Assembly (NCBI GenBank): GCA_050740575.1
Contig: JBOIDM010000038.1
Span: 1 to 32,028, forward strand
Origin: Gammaproteobacteria bacterium
Lineage (GTDB): Bacteria; Pseudomonadota; Gammaproteobacteria; JACCXJ01
Direction: 5' to 3'
DNA: 32,028 nucleotides
The notes beneath the pieces are model-generated. The model had not been told where the DNA came from. It searched no databases and saw only the letters and a list, made by a program, of their open reading frames with translations. This document shows positions 1 through 7,882 of this stretch, piece by piece; position 1 is the first letter of the stretch, and each line of letters starts with the position of its first letter. The position numbers and the translations under genes were made by a program.

Positions 1-1
1 G

Positions 2-103
2 GACGAATTGCTAAAGCTCGCGGAGCACGCGCTTTCTCAGGCGAAGCGCGACGGCCGCGATCGCGTGGTGCTCGCCGATCATTTCGGCAAAGCGGCGGCC
101 TAA
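2..103 (+). CDS. 3' end of a GGDEF-domain diguanylate cyclase (partial; start lies outside the window)
   Basis: Frame 2 reads DELLKLAEHALSQAKRDGRDRVVLADHFGKAAA then TAA at 101-103. The A-x-x-AL-x-x-AK-x-x-GR-[ND]-R tail is typical of GGDEF domain C-termini. Only 33 codons are visible. Confidence 0.45.
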   Translation, partial: DELLKLAEHALSQAKRDGRDRVVLADHFGKAAA

Positions 104-147
104 GTGCGGCCGGTCCGGCCTGGCGGCGCATGCAGCCTGTGGCGCCG

Positions 148-1044
148 TTATCGTTGCGGGGCTGTCGGCTTTTTGGGCGGCGCGAGCGGCTTGGTAGACC
201 TTTGAGGTTCGAGCAGCCGCTGACCCGTCTCGGTCGACATTGCGTACTCCAAATCGAGATCGGAACGCACCAAGATGAATTCAGGGTTTTTCGCACGGAT
301 CTCAAACTGGACCGGTGGCCCCGCCTGAAATTCGATCCTTACGGTCCCTTGCGACGCTCGTTTCTGCCTCCGGCGGACGGTCGAAGCCTGTGCATTCCGC
401 CATTCATCCACCAGCTTTTTCAGCGCATCGGAGCTAATCCGCGGGTCGGGCGGCGATACTGTCCAGTGGCCCTTAGCGCCGCGTGAAAGCACCCATTTCG
501 GCAAGCTCAATTTGACCGGTTCGGTTCCCTCTTCGAGGAGACGCGGACTCGCGAGTTCCTCCGCCGCGCCCGCTAGCGTTGAGTATATCGTGTCGCCGGT
601 GAGATGAATCGTATCCCCATGCAACACGTAGCGCCGGCCGCTCAAAGGATTCACCTCTCCGAAGGCAAAGAGCGAGTCGTCGAATTGCAAGCGCAGCGCC
701 GATTCCGCGAGACCGAAGCGCTTGAGAGCGTGATCCTTGGCCGGAAACGCGTTCTGACTCTCGCCTGCTAAAAAGTCGAGCAAGGACTGTATACGCGGTT
801 CATTGGCGCGCACCGAGAAAGGTTGTTTTAACAACCAGTGGCCGGCTTCTTTTTGAAGTTCGACAATTTCCCCGCCGGGACGGGTGATGCGGATGCTGTT
901 CACGCTCTGCGGCGCGATGGAGCTGATCTTCGGGCGGGGCGCATCCGCTTGTTTGCCCGGTTCCGAGATCACGACGAACACCAGCACCGAAAGCACCGCC
1001 AGCAGTATGGCATTGAGACCCAGCCGCGTGCCTATGGCAGTCAT
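148..1044 (-). CDS. DUF4340-like membrane-anchored protein, fourth gene of the ABC/GldG cassette
   Basis: From ORF 148..1071. The GTG at 1071 would overlap the upstream gene by 25 nt, while the ATG at 1042-1044 lies 2 nt after the upstream stop (1047-1049). It has an N-terminal hydrophobic anchor (LGLNAILLAVLSVLVFVVI) followed by a soluble domain. Its position after the GldG-like gene matches the usual DUF4340 partner. The family call rests on architecture only. Confidence 0.55.
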   Translation of the reverse strand: MTAIGTRLGLNAILLAVLSVLVFVVISEPGKQADAPRPKISSIAPQSVNSIRITRPGGEIVELQKEAGHWLLKQPFSVRANEPRIQSLLDFLAGESQNAFPAKDHALKRFGLAESALRLQFDDSLFAFGEVNPLSGRRYVLHGDTIHLTGDTIYSTLAGAAEELASPRLLEEGTEPVKLSLPKWVLSRGAKGHWTVSPPDPRISSDALKKLVDEWRNAQASTVRRRQKRASQGTVRIEFQAGPPVQFEIRAKNPEFILVRSDLDLEYAMSTETGQRLLEPQRSTKPLAPPKKPTAPQR

Positions 1045-1046
1045 CG

Positions 1047-2441
1047 CTATGCGCGCCGGCGCCGCAGCCACACGTAGAACCCGACGCCCCCGAGCAAGGC
1101 CGGAATCACGAATAGGAATCCGAAGCCGATGATCGCGGTTTCGGTGTCGGTGAGGTCGAGCTTGGTATCCACGCTCCGGTGGGCCGGCACTTCGACGAGA
1201 ATATCATCCGTGGCGAGCCAGTTGATGATTCTAAGGCCTAGGTCGAGGTTACCGCTGTTCCCGAGATAACTGTTGGATAGAAAATCTCCGTCCCCGAGCA
1301 CGATGACGCGTTGTTCGCCTGCCTTGTCCGCTCCCGCCTTTTTACCGGCATCTCCCGTGCTCTTATTCTGCACGGGCCGCTCACGAGTCAGGCGCACGCC
1401 GATATCGAGCGGCCCTTGCAGGTCCTTACCTTGATCATAGGCGATCTCGCCTTCGAGCTGGCCCGTCTCGGCCCAGGTTTGCGATCCGACGCTCAAGATG
1501 GGCACACCGCGCCAGCTGCCCTTGGGTTTTTGCTTGATGGCGCGGGCGTAGGGAAATACCGTGATATACCGGGATCCCGCGACGGGGACCTCGGGGCCAT
1601 AGTTCGTCACCGGTGCCATGGCCGGATGGTCGATGCCGAAAAGCGCGGTGGCGGGGTCGACGATCGTACCGCGTTCCATCACCAGACCGAGCGCCTCGGC
1701 CAGGCCTTCGAGGCCTTGGAGTGAGCCGGGCTCGGCCAGCCAGAGCAGATTACCGCCCCTATCGAGGTAGCGCAGGAGGAGATCGGTCTCGCCGGGCAGG
1801 AGCGCGACCTCGGGGCTGGCGATCACCAGCACGGAGGTATTGTCCGGGAGAGCCGCGTGGGCGCCGAGGTTGAGCCCTTGCACCTTAAGCCCCCGGCTAG
1901 TCAAGCGTTGCGCCCATTGCGATAAATCGTGATTGGCATCGCCTTGGGGATCGCGCTCGCCGTGGCCTTGGAGGAACACGATCCAACGCTCCTCGGTGCG
2001 CAGCAGCCGCTGCAACGCGTTGCTCAACTCTTCTTCGCTATGTTCCTGAACCTGTTCGCTACGACCGGCATAGCGCACCACGAGCTCTCCGTCCACGCGA
2101 ATGCCTAGCTCGCGCAGCTCATCAGGCGCGGTGTCGGGGTTCACGAACCTCAAGCTGATATTCGGCTTGATGCGGCGGTAACGGTCCACGAGGTCCTCGA
2201 TGAGCTCGCGGAGGGCGGGCTCGGGGCGGGCGTAGGCCGTGATCTCCACCGGTTTGTCCAAACGTTTCAGCAGGGCCGCGCTGGCCTCCGACAAGGTATG
2301 GCGGCCGGTGCTGGTCCAATCGGCCGTGATGCTATAGCGGGTGCTGAGCCACCCGAGCATGCCGGCGATGCCGATGAGAAACGCGGCAAAAAGCGTGCTG
2401 TTGATGCGGAGATGACGGCGGGTCTTGGCGGAGATCAACAT
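1047..2441 (-). CDS. GldG-like auxiliary component of an ABC-2 transporter (ABC-type uncharacterized transport system)
   Basis: 464 aa. An N-terminal TM (LFAAFLIGIAGMLGWL) and a C-terminal TM (IIGFGFLFVIPALLGGVGFYVWL) flank a large extracytoplasmic domain. A GAGAGG Shine-Dalgarno-like box lies about 9 nt upstream of the ATG, and the gene starts 19 nt after the ABC-2 permease. Confidence 0.7.
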   Translation of the reverse strand: MLISAKTRRHLRINSTLFAAFLIGIAGMLGWLSTRYSITADWTSTGRHTLSEASAALLKRLDKPVEITAYARPEPALRELIEDLVDRYRRIKPNISLRFVNPDTAPDELRELGIRVDGELVVRYAGRSEQVQEHSEEELSNALQRLLRTEERWIVFLQGHGERDPQGDANHDLSQWAQRLTSRGLKVQGLNLGAHAALPDNTSVLVIASPEVALLPGETDLLLRYLDRGGNLLWLAEPGSLQGLEGLAEALGLVMERGTIVDPATALFGIDHPAMAPVTNYGPEVPVAGSRYITVFPYARAIKQKPKGSWRGVPILSVGSQTWAETGQLEGEIAYDQGKDLQGPLDIGVRLTRERPVQNKSTGDAGKKAGADKAGEQRVIVLGDGDFLSNSYLGNSGNLDLGLRIINWLATDDILVEVPAHRSVDTKLDLTDTETAIIGFGFLFVIPALLGGVGFYVWLRRRRA

Positions 2442-2460
2442 CCAGAGAGCCTCTCGTGGC

Positions 2461-3210
2461 CTAGTGCTGCAGCCGGTCCGCGTCCAGCCGCCACACGGTG
2501 AGGATCAGAAAGACGGCGATCAGCAGCAGGTAGTAAAACACGTCCACCGAATTGAACATCCCCTTGAGCAAAGATTGAAAGTGACGCGCCATGGATAAGT
2601 AGGCGAAGAGACCGGCGCCTTCCTCGGATCCGCCGGGCCACTCGATGATCCAAAGGAGCAAGAGCGCGCCGAAGCTCGCGATCCCGGCGACGGTGGGGTG
2701 GTCCGTCAGGGAGGACAGGAACAGTCCCACGGCGACAAACGCCGCTAATAGCAAACCTAGCCCCAATAATCCCGCGGCGAACTGCCCGAGGTCGAGGCCG
2801 CCGCCCAGGAGCAACGACAGCGGCATCGCGGCAATCATCAAAACCGTCACCAAGAAAAACGCCATGAGGCCGAGGAATTTCCCGAGCACGATCTCGATTA
2901 TCGATACCGGGGCGGCATAGAGCAGGTTCATGGTCCCGTTACGCCGCTCTTCGGCGATCATCCGCATGGTGAGCATGGGCGCGACCAGGAGGAGCACGAT
3001 TCCGGCGCTGCCGAAGAGCGGGGCGACGACGATATCGGTCAGTCCCGGAGAGCGATCCAGACCCAGAAGACGCGGCTGAAATTCCACGAAGAGTTGAATG
3101 CGCGTTAGAAAGATATAGGCTAGGAGCACCTGGACGACGGCCAGGATCGCCCAAGCCAAGGGCGAGCCGAAAAGGGTGCGGAACTCGCGATCGGCGATGA
3201 CCTTGATCAT
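2461..3210 (-). CDS. ABC-2 family transporter permease
   Basis: 249 aa, strongly hydrophobic with about 6 predicted TM segments. Its start overlaps the ATPase stop in an ATGA (3207-3210), indicating translational coupling. Confidence 0.8.
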   Translation of the reverse strand: MIKVIADREFRTLFGSPLAWAILAVVQVLLAYIFLTRIQLFVEFQPRLLGLDRSPGLTDIVVAPLFGSAGIVLLLVAPMLTMRMIAEERRNGTMNLLYAAPVSIIEIVLGKFLGLMAFFLVTVLMIAAMPLSLLLGGGLDLGQFAAGLLGLGLLLAAFVAVGLFLSSLTDHPTVAGIASFGALLLLWIIEWPGGSEEGAGLFAYLSMARHFQSLLKGMFNSVDVFYYLLLIAVFLILTVWRLDADRLQH

Positions 3211-4169
3211 GGGGACGCCTCCTGCCGCTCCGCTCCTGCCGGCGCCTCGCCGGCGGTCAGTTGCACGAAAGTCTCTTCCAGCGACCGGGTTACCGGAACA
3301 AGCTCGAATAAGCCCCAGCGCCGCTCGACCGCGAGCTCGACCAGGCTCTCCGCGGGATTGCGATCCGGCGGATGGCGCAGGATAAAGCGGTTGGCGTCCA
3401 ATCCCTCGACCTGTTCCACGCCTGCGATGGCCTGCAGTTGCGCGATATCGGGCGGTTGGCGAAGGGCGATGCGAAGCCCGGTCACCGACTGTTGACGCGT
3501 CAGGCGCTCCACGGAATCGTCCAGCACCAGGCGGCCTTGGTGAATGATCAGCACTCGGTCGCAGACGGCTTGCACCTCGGGAAGGATATGGGTCGAGAGT
3601 ATGACGCTGTGATCGCCGCGCAGCTCGCCGATGAGATCCCGGATTTCCCGGATTTGAATGGGATCTAGCCCAACCGTCGGTTCATCGAGAATCACCACCG
3701 AGGGCGCGTGCAGAATCGCCTGCGCGATTCCGACGCGTTGCTGATAGCCCTTCGAGAGGTTGCCGATGAGCCGCCGTCCCGCGTTCTCTAGCCCGCAGCG
3801 CGACTTGGTCTTGGCGAGCATGCTCCCGCATTGATGGCGGTGGATCCGATGCAGCTGCGCGCAATAAAGGAGGTACTCATCGACGCTCATGTCCCGATAC
3901 AAGGGGGGATGCTCGGGAAGATAACCGAGGTTGGCTTTGGCCGCCTTGGGTGATTCGAGAATGTCGATACCCCCGACCGTGATGCCGCCGGCGCTCGGCG
4001 CCAGAGTACCGCTGATCATCTGCATGGTACTGGTTTTACCAGCACCATTGGGGCCCAGAAAACCCAATACCTCGCCGCGGCGGACCGAAAAACTCACGTC
4101 GTTGACGGCGCAGACCTCGCCGTAGTAGCGGTAGAGGCCTTGCACGTCGATGAGGATATCCGCGCTCAT
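3207..4169 (-). CDS. ABC transporter ATP-binding protein
   Basis: Walker A GPNGAGKTST, signature-like LSKGYQQRVGIA, Walker B VVILDEPTVGLD and H-loop ILSTH. 320 aa with a C-terminal extension typical of ABC-2 exporter ATPases. Confidence 0.9.
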   Translation of the reverse strand: MSADILIDVQGLYRYYGEVCAVNDVSFSVRRGEVLGFLGPNGAGKTSTMQMISGTLAPSAGGITVGGIDILESPKAAKANLGYLPEHPPLYRDMSVDEYLLYCAQLHRIHRHQCGSMLAKTKSRCGLENAGRRLIGNLSKGYQQRVGIAQAILHAPSVVILDEPTVGLDPIQIREIRDLIGELRGDHSVILSTHILPEVQAVCDRVLIIHQGRLVLDDSVERLTRQQSVTGLRIALRQPPDIAQLQAIAGVEQVEGLDANRFILRHPPDRNPAESLVELAVERRWGLFELVPVTRSLEETFVQLTAGEAPAGAERQEASP

Positions 4170-4376
4170 GGCCGCGTTATTATTCTCATCTGACTCAGTT
4201 TTGCAATTGCCTTGACCGGGAGCGCGCCTTTCGATTTAGTCGGGCCGCTGGCATACAATAGCCAGCGATAAATCAATTTTACTTCGCGGGCGGAGTATGA
4301 ACCTCGCCCTTGACCAAAGGTGGGAGTTGCACGACCCCCCTTTGGACACCCCAACGCTAAAGTGCCCGCCGTAGAC

Positions 4377-4396
4377 GGTGGAGTATGGTGGAGTAT
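4377..4396. repeat. Perfect tandem direct repeat GGTGGAGTAT x2, 21 nt upstream of the MutS-like start
   Basis: Read directly: ggtggagtat at 4377-4386 and again at 4387-4396. A 9/10 copy, ggcggagtat, lies at 4289-4298, and a weaker ggtggcggat lies just before the ATG. All are in the 247-bp, relatively AT-rich divergent intergenic region. Any operator function is inferred. Confidence 0.8.
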
Positions 4397-4416
4397 TCTG
4401 AATTAGGTGGCGGATT

Positions 4417-6018
4417 ATGAGTGAAACCGTTAGGGATTTCTACGAGAGCATCGCCCGAAACCGCGATGTCGCAAGCTCGGTGCGCGCGCTGGCCGGCCTC
4501 CGGCCGGGGGTGCTTGATGCCGCAAGCTTCCGGATCTTAGAGGTGGATCGGATCTTCGATGCCATCAACGGCTGCCATACTCGCGCCGGGCAGGCCACCC
4601 TGTATCATTCTTTAGCCTACCCCTCGGTCTCAACAGAGGCGATTCGTGCCAAACACGATGCCTTGCGCGAATTGGAATCGAACGCCTCGCTACGAGAGCG
4701 CCTGCGGCAGTTTGTCAGGGCCGCGGCGGTCCGCGAGCAGCCTTTTTACGAGTTACTCTTCGGTAGCTTCATGGGGTTTCTGGGGGCCACACCGAACAAG
4801 ATGACGTACGAAGGTTACGGCTATGCGGCCTACAGGCACGGCACGCGTTTTATGCTTGAGCTCGCGAGCGACGCGCGACATCTACCGACGCCCGAAAGCC
4901 TCTACCTTGCGGCCCAGGTGGATGCGATCCGGAGTTACGCGGCCACGGCCGCACATGCGCTGATGCGCGGTCCGGTGTACCTCACCGAGCGTGGGCTGAA
5001 GCTCGGCCATGAGAAACGCCGCTATTCACCGGCGATTCGCTTTCGGCCGTCGCTCGTTAAACCGCTGCTGCTGGGGGCGGCCGCCCTTGGGTATTTCATG
5101 CTGACCAGCCCCTGGCTGGCCGCTTACATCGCGACGCCGGCGAATCCGGTACTCATGGTTTCGCTGCTACCCTTGCTCGCGTTCTACGTGCCGGCCGTGG
5201 GGAGCTTCGATCGCGATAGCTTCATTTGTCCGTTGCGAGATCGCTACCGCGAGGCCGAGGAGACGCAAAACACCCTGGGCGCCCTGGGCGCGATCGACGA
5301 ATTGCTCGCCTTCCATCAGTATGCCGGCGACTTCGGGAGCGCCATGGTCTTGCCGCGGATCCTCGATGCCGGCCGCCATAGCTTGGCGCTTAAGCGGGTA
5401 AGAAATCCGGTCTTGGCCAAGGGCAATCCGGCCTACGTAGCCAACGATATCGACCTCGGCGCGGCGCGTTTGGGTTTCGTCACGGGTCCGAACAGCGGCG
5501 GCAAGACGGCCTTTTGCAAGACCCTCGCCCAGGTACAGCTTTTGGCGCAGATCGGGTGTTATGTGCCGGCCGCGGACGCCGCGATGGCCGTCGCCGATCG
5601 CATCTACTACCAAGCTCCGGAAACGGGCTCGCTTGCCGATCTCGAGGGCCGCTTCGGGACGGAATTACAGCGCACCAAGGAGATCTTCCTCGCCACCACG
5701 CCGCGCTCGCTTGTGATCCTCGATGAGATGGCCGAGGGGACGACCTACGAGGAAAAACTCACCATCTCGCATGCGATCTTGAACGGCTTCCGGCGTATCG
5801 GGAATACGACAATCCTTATCACTCATAACCACGAGTTGGTCGAGCGTTTTCGCAAAGATCGGATCGGACTGTACCGCCAGGTCGATTTCAGCCACGAAGC
5901 CCCCACCTACCGCCTCATCGAGGGGATCTCCAAGGTCAGTCATGCGGACAGAGTGGCGCGCAAGCTCGGCTTCGCGCGGGAAGATATCGAGCAGTACCTT
6001 ACGGCGCGCGGCTATTGA
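4417..6018 (+). CDS. MutS-related ATPase (core plus domain V only) with internal transmembrane segments
   Basis: AGGTGG Shine-Dalgarno-like box 6 nt upstream of the ATG. The N-terminus resembles the MutS core (CHTRAGQATLYHSLAYP...IRAKHDALRELESN). Hydrophobic stretches are LVKPLLLGAAALGYFMLTSPWLAAYI and VLMVSLLPLLAFYVPAV. The ATPase shows Walker A GPNSGGKT, Walker B LVILDEMAEGTTYEE and ILITHNHEL (compare the MutS FATHYHEL motif). There is no mismatch-binding N-domain and no Smr or nuclease tail. Confidence 0.75.
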   Translation: MSETVRDFYESIARNRDVASSVRALAGLRPGVLDAASFRILEVDRIFDAINGCHTRAGQATLYHSLAYPSVSTEAIRAKHDALRELESNASLRERLRQFVRAAAVREQPFYELLFGSFMGFLGATPNKMTYEGYGYAAYRHGTRFMLELASDARHLPTPESLYLAAQVDAIRSYAATAAHALMRGPVYLTERGLKLGHEKRRYSPAIRFRPSLVKPLLLGAAALGYFMLTSPWLAAYIATPANPVLMVSLLPLLAFYVPAVGSFDRDSFICPLRDRYREAEETQNTLGALGAIDELLAFHQYAGDFGSAMVLPRILDAGRHSLALKRVRNPVLAKGNPAYVANDIDLGAARLGFVTGPNSGGKTAFCKTLAQVQLLAQIGCYVPAADAAMAVADRIYYQAPETGSLADLEGRFGTELQRTKEIFLATTPRSLVILDEMAEGTTYEEKLTISHAILNGFRRIGNTTILITHNHELVERFRKDRIGLYRQVDFSHEAPTYRLIEGISKVSHADRVARKLGFAREDIEQYLTARGY

Positions 6019-6094
6019 GAGGGCTCGCGGTGCAACGGTATCCGGTCGGTGACAGTGGGCGTAATGTGCTATACCCCCATATTGCAATCAGCGC

Positions 6095-7177
6095 ATGGAG
6101 ATAAAGAGCGGCAATTGCTACGCCTTATTCGCCTTCGATGTGGCAGCCGCCATCGACCTCGATCGTACCCAGCACATCGTTGCCACGGAGCGCGCCGCGC
6201 TCCGGCACCAACGCAGGGCGCCGCCGTATTTTGATTATCAACCGGCGCCGCTGCGGGTCTCCGAGGAGACGGCACCGCTTATCCTCGGAGCCATCGAGAC
6301 GCGTTCCAATGTGGACCTGGTCTTGTACGATTTCGGCGCCGTTTCGGTTGCCTACAGCATTCCGCTTATCGGGCCCTTCGATATGTTGCTCGATCTCAGC
6401 GAAACGCTCTATGACAACACCGAGCTATTGGCCGACGCGCGCCGCCGGGTCGAGCGGCTGCTCCAGGTCATAGCCGCGGCGGTCGATCGTCAGAGCATCG
6501 CGGAATATGTGGAAGATTATGTGATCTTTGAAATCGAGTCCTTCGGCGAGCCCGTCGACGTAAAAGGTTTTTATATATCTCGCGCTCAGCAACTCGCTCA
6601 GATCCTGCGTGCCGAACGAGGTGAGTTATCCGAAGAAGAGGTCGGCGACGCGATTTCCCATCGCATCTCCTTCGGCCCAGGCGATCTCGCGATCATCGAT
6701 TGGCACGCCTCCATACTTTTCGATGCCAATGGGGATGACGTGCGGGCGGTACTGGAATTCGCCAACGTCGAGCTGGTGGAAATGCGCTATCTGGACTCGC
6801 GCCTCGATCAGGCTTTGGGTCGCGCTTATGAAAGCCTCGCCCGGTCCTATAAACGCTTTATCAAGGTCTTGAGACCCAGCACCGACCTCGAGCACATCGG
6901 GCAACTGCAGGTGGACGGCGCGATCTTATTCGAGGGCGTAAATAACGCGTTGAAGCTTTTAGGCGACCAATATCTCGCCCGCGTTTACCGTCTGGTGTCC
7001 CAACGCTTCCATCTGGCCGAATGGGATTCGAGTATCCTGCGCAAGTTGGATACGCTCGAGAGCATCTACGAGAAGATGGCCGATCGCTTGGCGGCGGTTC
7101 GCATGGAGGTCCTCGAGTGGATCATCATTTTGCTGATCTTCATCGAGATCGTATTGCCGCTGGGTTCATGCACTTAG
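6095..7177 (+). CDS. RMD1/YagE (DUF155)-like protein with a C-terminal TM helix
   Basis: 360 aa. The C-terminal VLEWIIILLIFIEIVLPL resembles the conserved LEWIIIxLIxxEI end of DUF155. VDLVLYDFGAVSVAY and the helical region before the TM also fit the family pattern. Assigned from memory of the family profile. Confidence 0.5.
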   Translation: MEIKSGNCYALFAFDVAAAIDLDRTQHIVATERAALRHQRRAPPYFDYQPAPLRVSEETAPLILGAIETRSNVDLVLYDFGAVSVAYSIPLIGPFDMLLDLSETLYDNTELLADARRRVERLLQVIAAAVDRQSIAEYVEDYVIFEIESFGEPVDVKGFYISRAQQLAQILRAERGELSEEEVGDAISHRISFGPGDLAIIDWHASILFDANGDDVRAVLEFANVELVEMRYLDSRLDQALGRAYESLARSYKRFIKVLRPSTDLEHIGQLQVDGAILFEGVNNALKLLGDQYLARVYRLVSQRFHLAEWDSSILRKLDTLESIYEKMADRLAAVRMEVLEWIIILLIFIEIVLPLGSCT

Positions 7178-7194
7178 CCTGCGCTTTGCGAGGC
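7177..7194. terminator. Possible bidirectional hairpin between convergent genes
   Basis: gcctgcgc-ttt-gcgaggc forms a 7-bp GC-rich stem with one bulge and a TTT loop. It starts at the last base of the stop codon of the 6095..7177 gene and lies 15 nt from the stop of the convergent 7209 gene. There is no clear U-tract. Confidence 0.3.
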
Positions 7195-7208
7195 ACAGCG
7201 GCCGGGTG

Positions 7209-7664
7209 CTAAAAGTCAATGACTCTTGGGCGGACCAAACGCTCGTAGTCCGCGTATAAAAGCTTAATCAACTCGGTGTGAGAACCGGCGCTAAAGGCGA
7301 TGTACCGATCCTCGGTGAGCCGCCGCGACACATAGACATCCATGGCGTAGAGATTTCCGAACGGCGGCATGGCGCCGAGCTCACAGCCCGGAAACTTATC
7401 CTGGAAGTCCTTCTCGCTCGCAAGCTCCACCTTAGAAGCCCCCGCGCCTTCGCGCAGGCGGTCAAAGTCGATCTGGAACGAAGCCGGCAGGACCGCCATG
7501 GCCAAGCGGCCGTCGGTTCTCACCATCACGGCTTTGGCTAATTCGTTTCCCGGAATATGCGCCGATTGGGCGATCTCTTGGGCCGTGAACGCGCGCGAAT
7601 GAGCGATGGTGACGTATTTCACCTGATTTTGGTCTAGGAAATCCTTCAGCTTGGCCACGGGCAT
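7209..7664 (-). CDS. YbaK/EbsC-like aminoacyl-tRNA deacylase domain protein
   Basis: ORF 7209..7733 was trimmed to the internal ATG (Met24), which is preceded by AAGGAG 6 nt upstream. The discarded 23 codons are AT-rich and hydrophobic junk (MHYSDFIVNFNF...). MPVAKLKDFLDQNQVKY..., LAMAVLPA and GAMPPFGNLY...IAFSAGSH fit the YbaK/ProX fold pattern. Confidence 0.65.
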   Translation of the reverse strand: MPVAKLKDFLDQNQVKYVTIAHSRAFTAQEIAQSAHIPGNELAKAVMVRTDGRLAMAVLPASFQIDFDRLREGAGASKVELASEKDFQDKFPGCELGAMPPFGNLYAMDVYVSRRLTEDRYIAFSAGSHTELIKLLYADYERLVRPRVIDF

Positions 7665-7882
7665 GGTCGTCTCCTTGAAAGGGGGAATGAATGATGCGAA
7701 GTTAAAGTTTACTATGAAATCCGAATAATGCATTGATACGGATCAAGCGTCACCAATTTGCGGAATTGTGGCGAGATCGTAAAGCATATGCGAGGATAGC
7801 GTGCGAAAATCGCAACGCAAGTTGATTAGTTACTCTCATTCCCCCACCTTGAAACGTCATCCCTTGATGTAGTGGCCGACCC

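Noticed and set aside
108-120. Palindrome GGCCGG-T-CCGGCC between the convergent GGDEF and DUF4340 genes, considered as a terminator.
   Set aside because: The centre is a single nucleotide, so the effective stem is only about 5 bp. There is no T-tract on either strand, which is too weak to call.
4417-6018. Interpreting the MutS-like ATPase as part of a known anti-phage defence system.
   Set aside because: No nuclease, helicase, methylase, TIR/SIR2, toxin or other defence-associated partner is adjacent. There are no mobile-element hallmarks nearby, and I know of no described defence system built on this architecture. It is kept only as an uncharacterised module.
7665-7882. Sigma-32-like CCTTGAAA element and other AT-rich boxes in the divergent region between the YbaK-like and EAL-HDOD genes.
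   Set aside because: The candidate -10 (CCCTTGAT) is only 6 nt from the -35-like box instead of about 13-17 nt and does not match CCCCATNT. No promoter can be supported from sequence alone.
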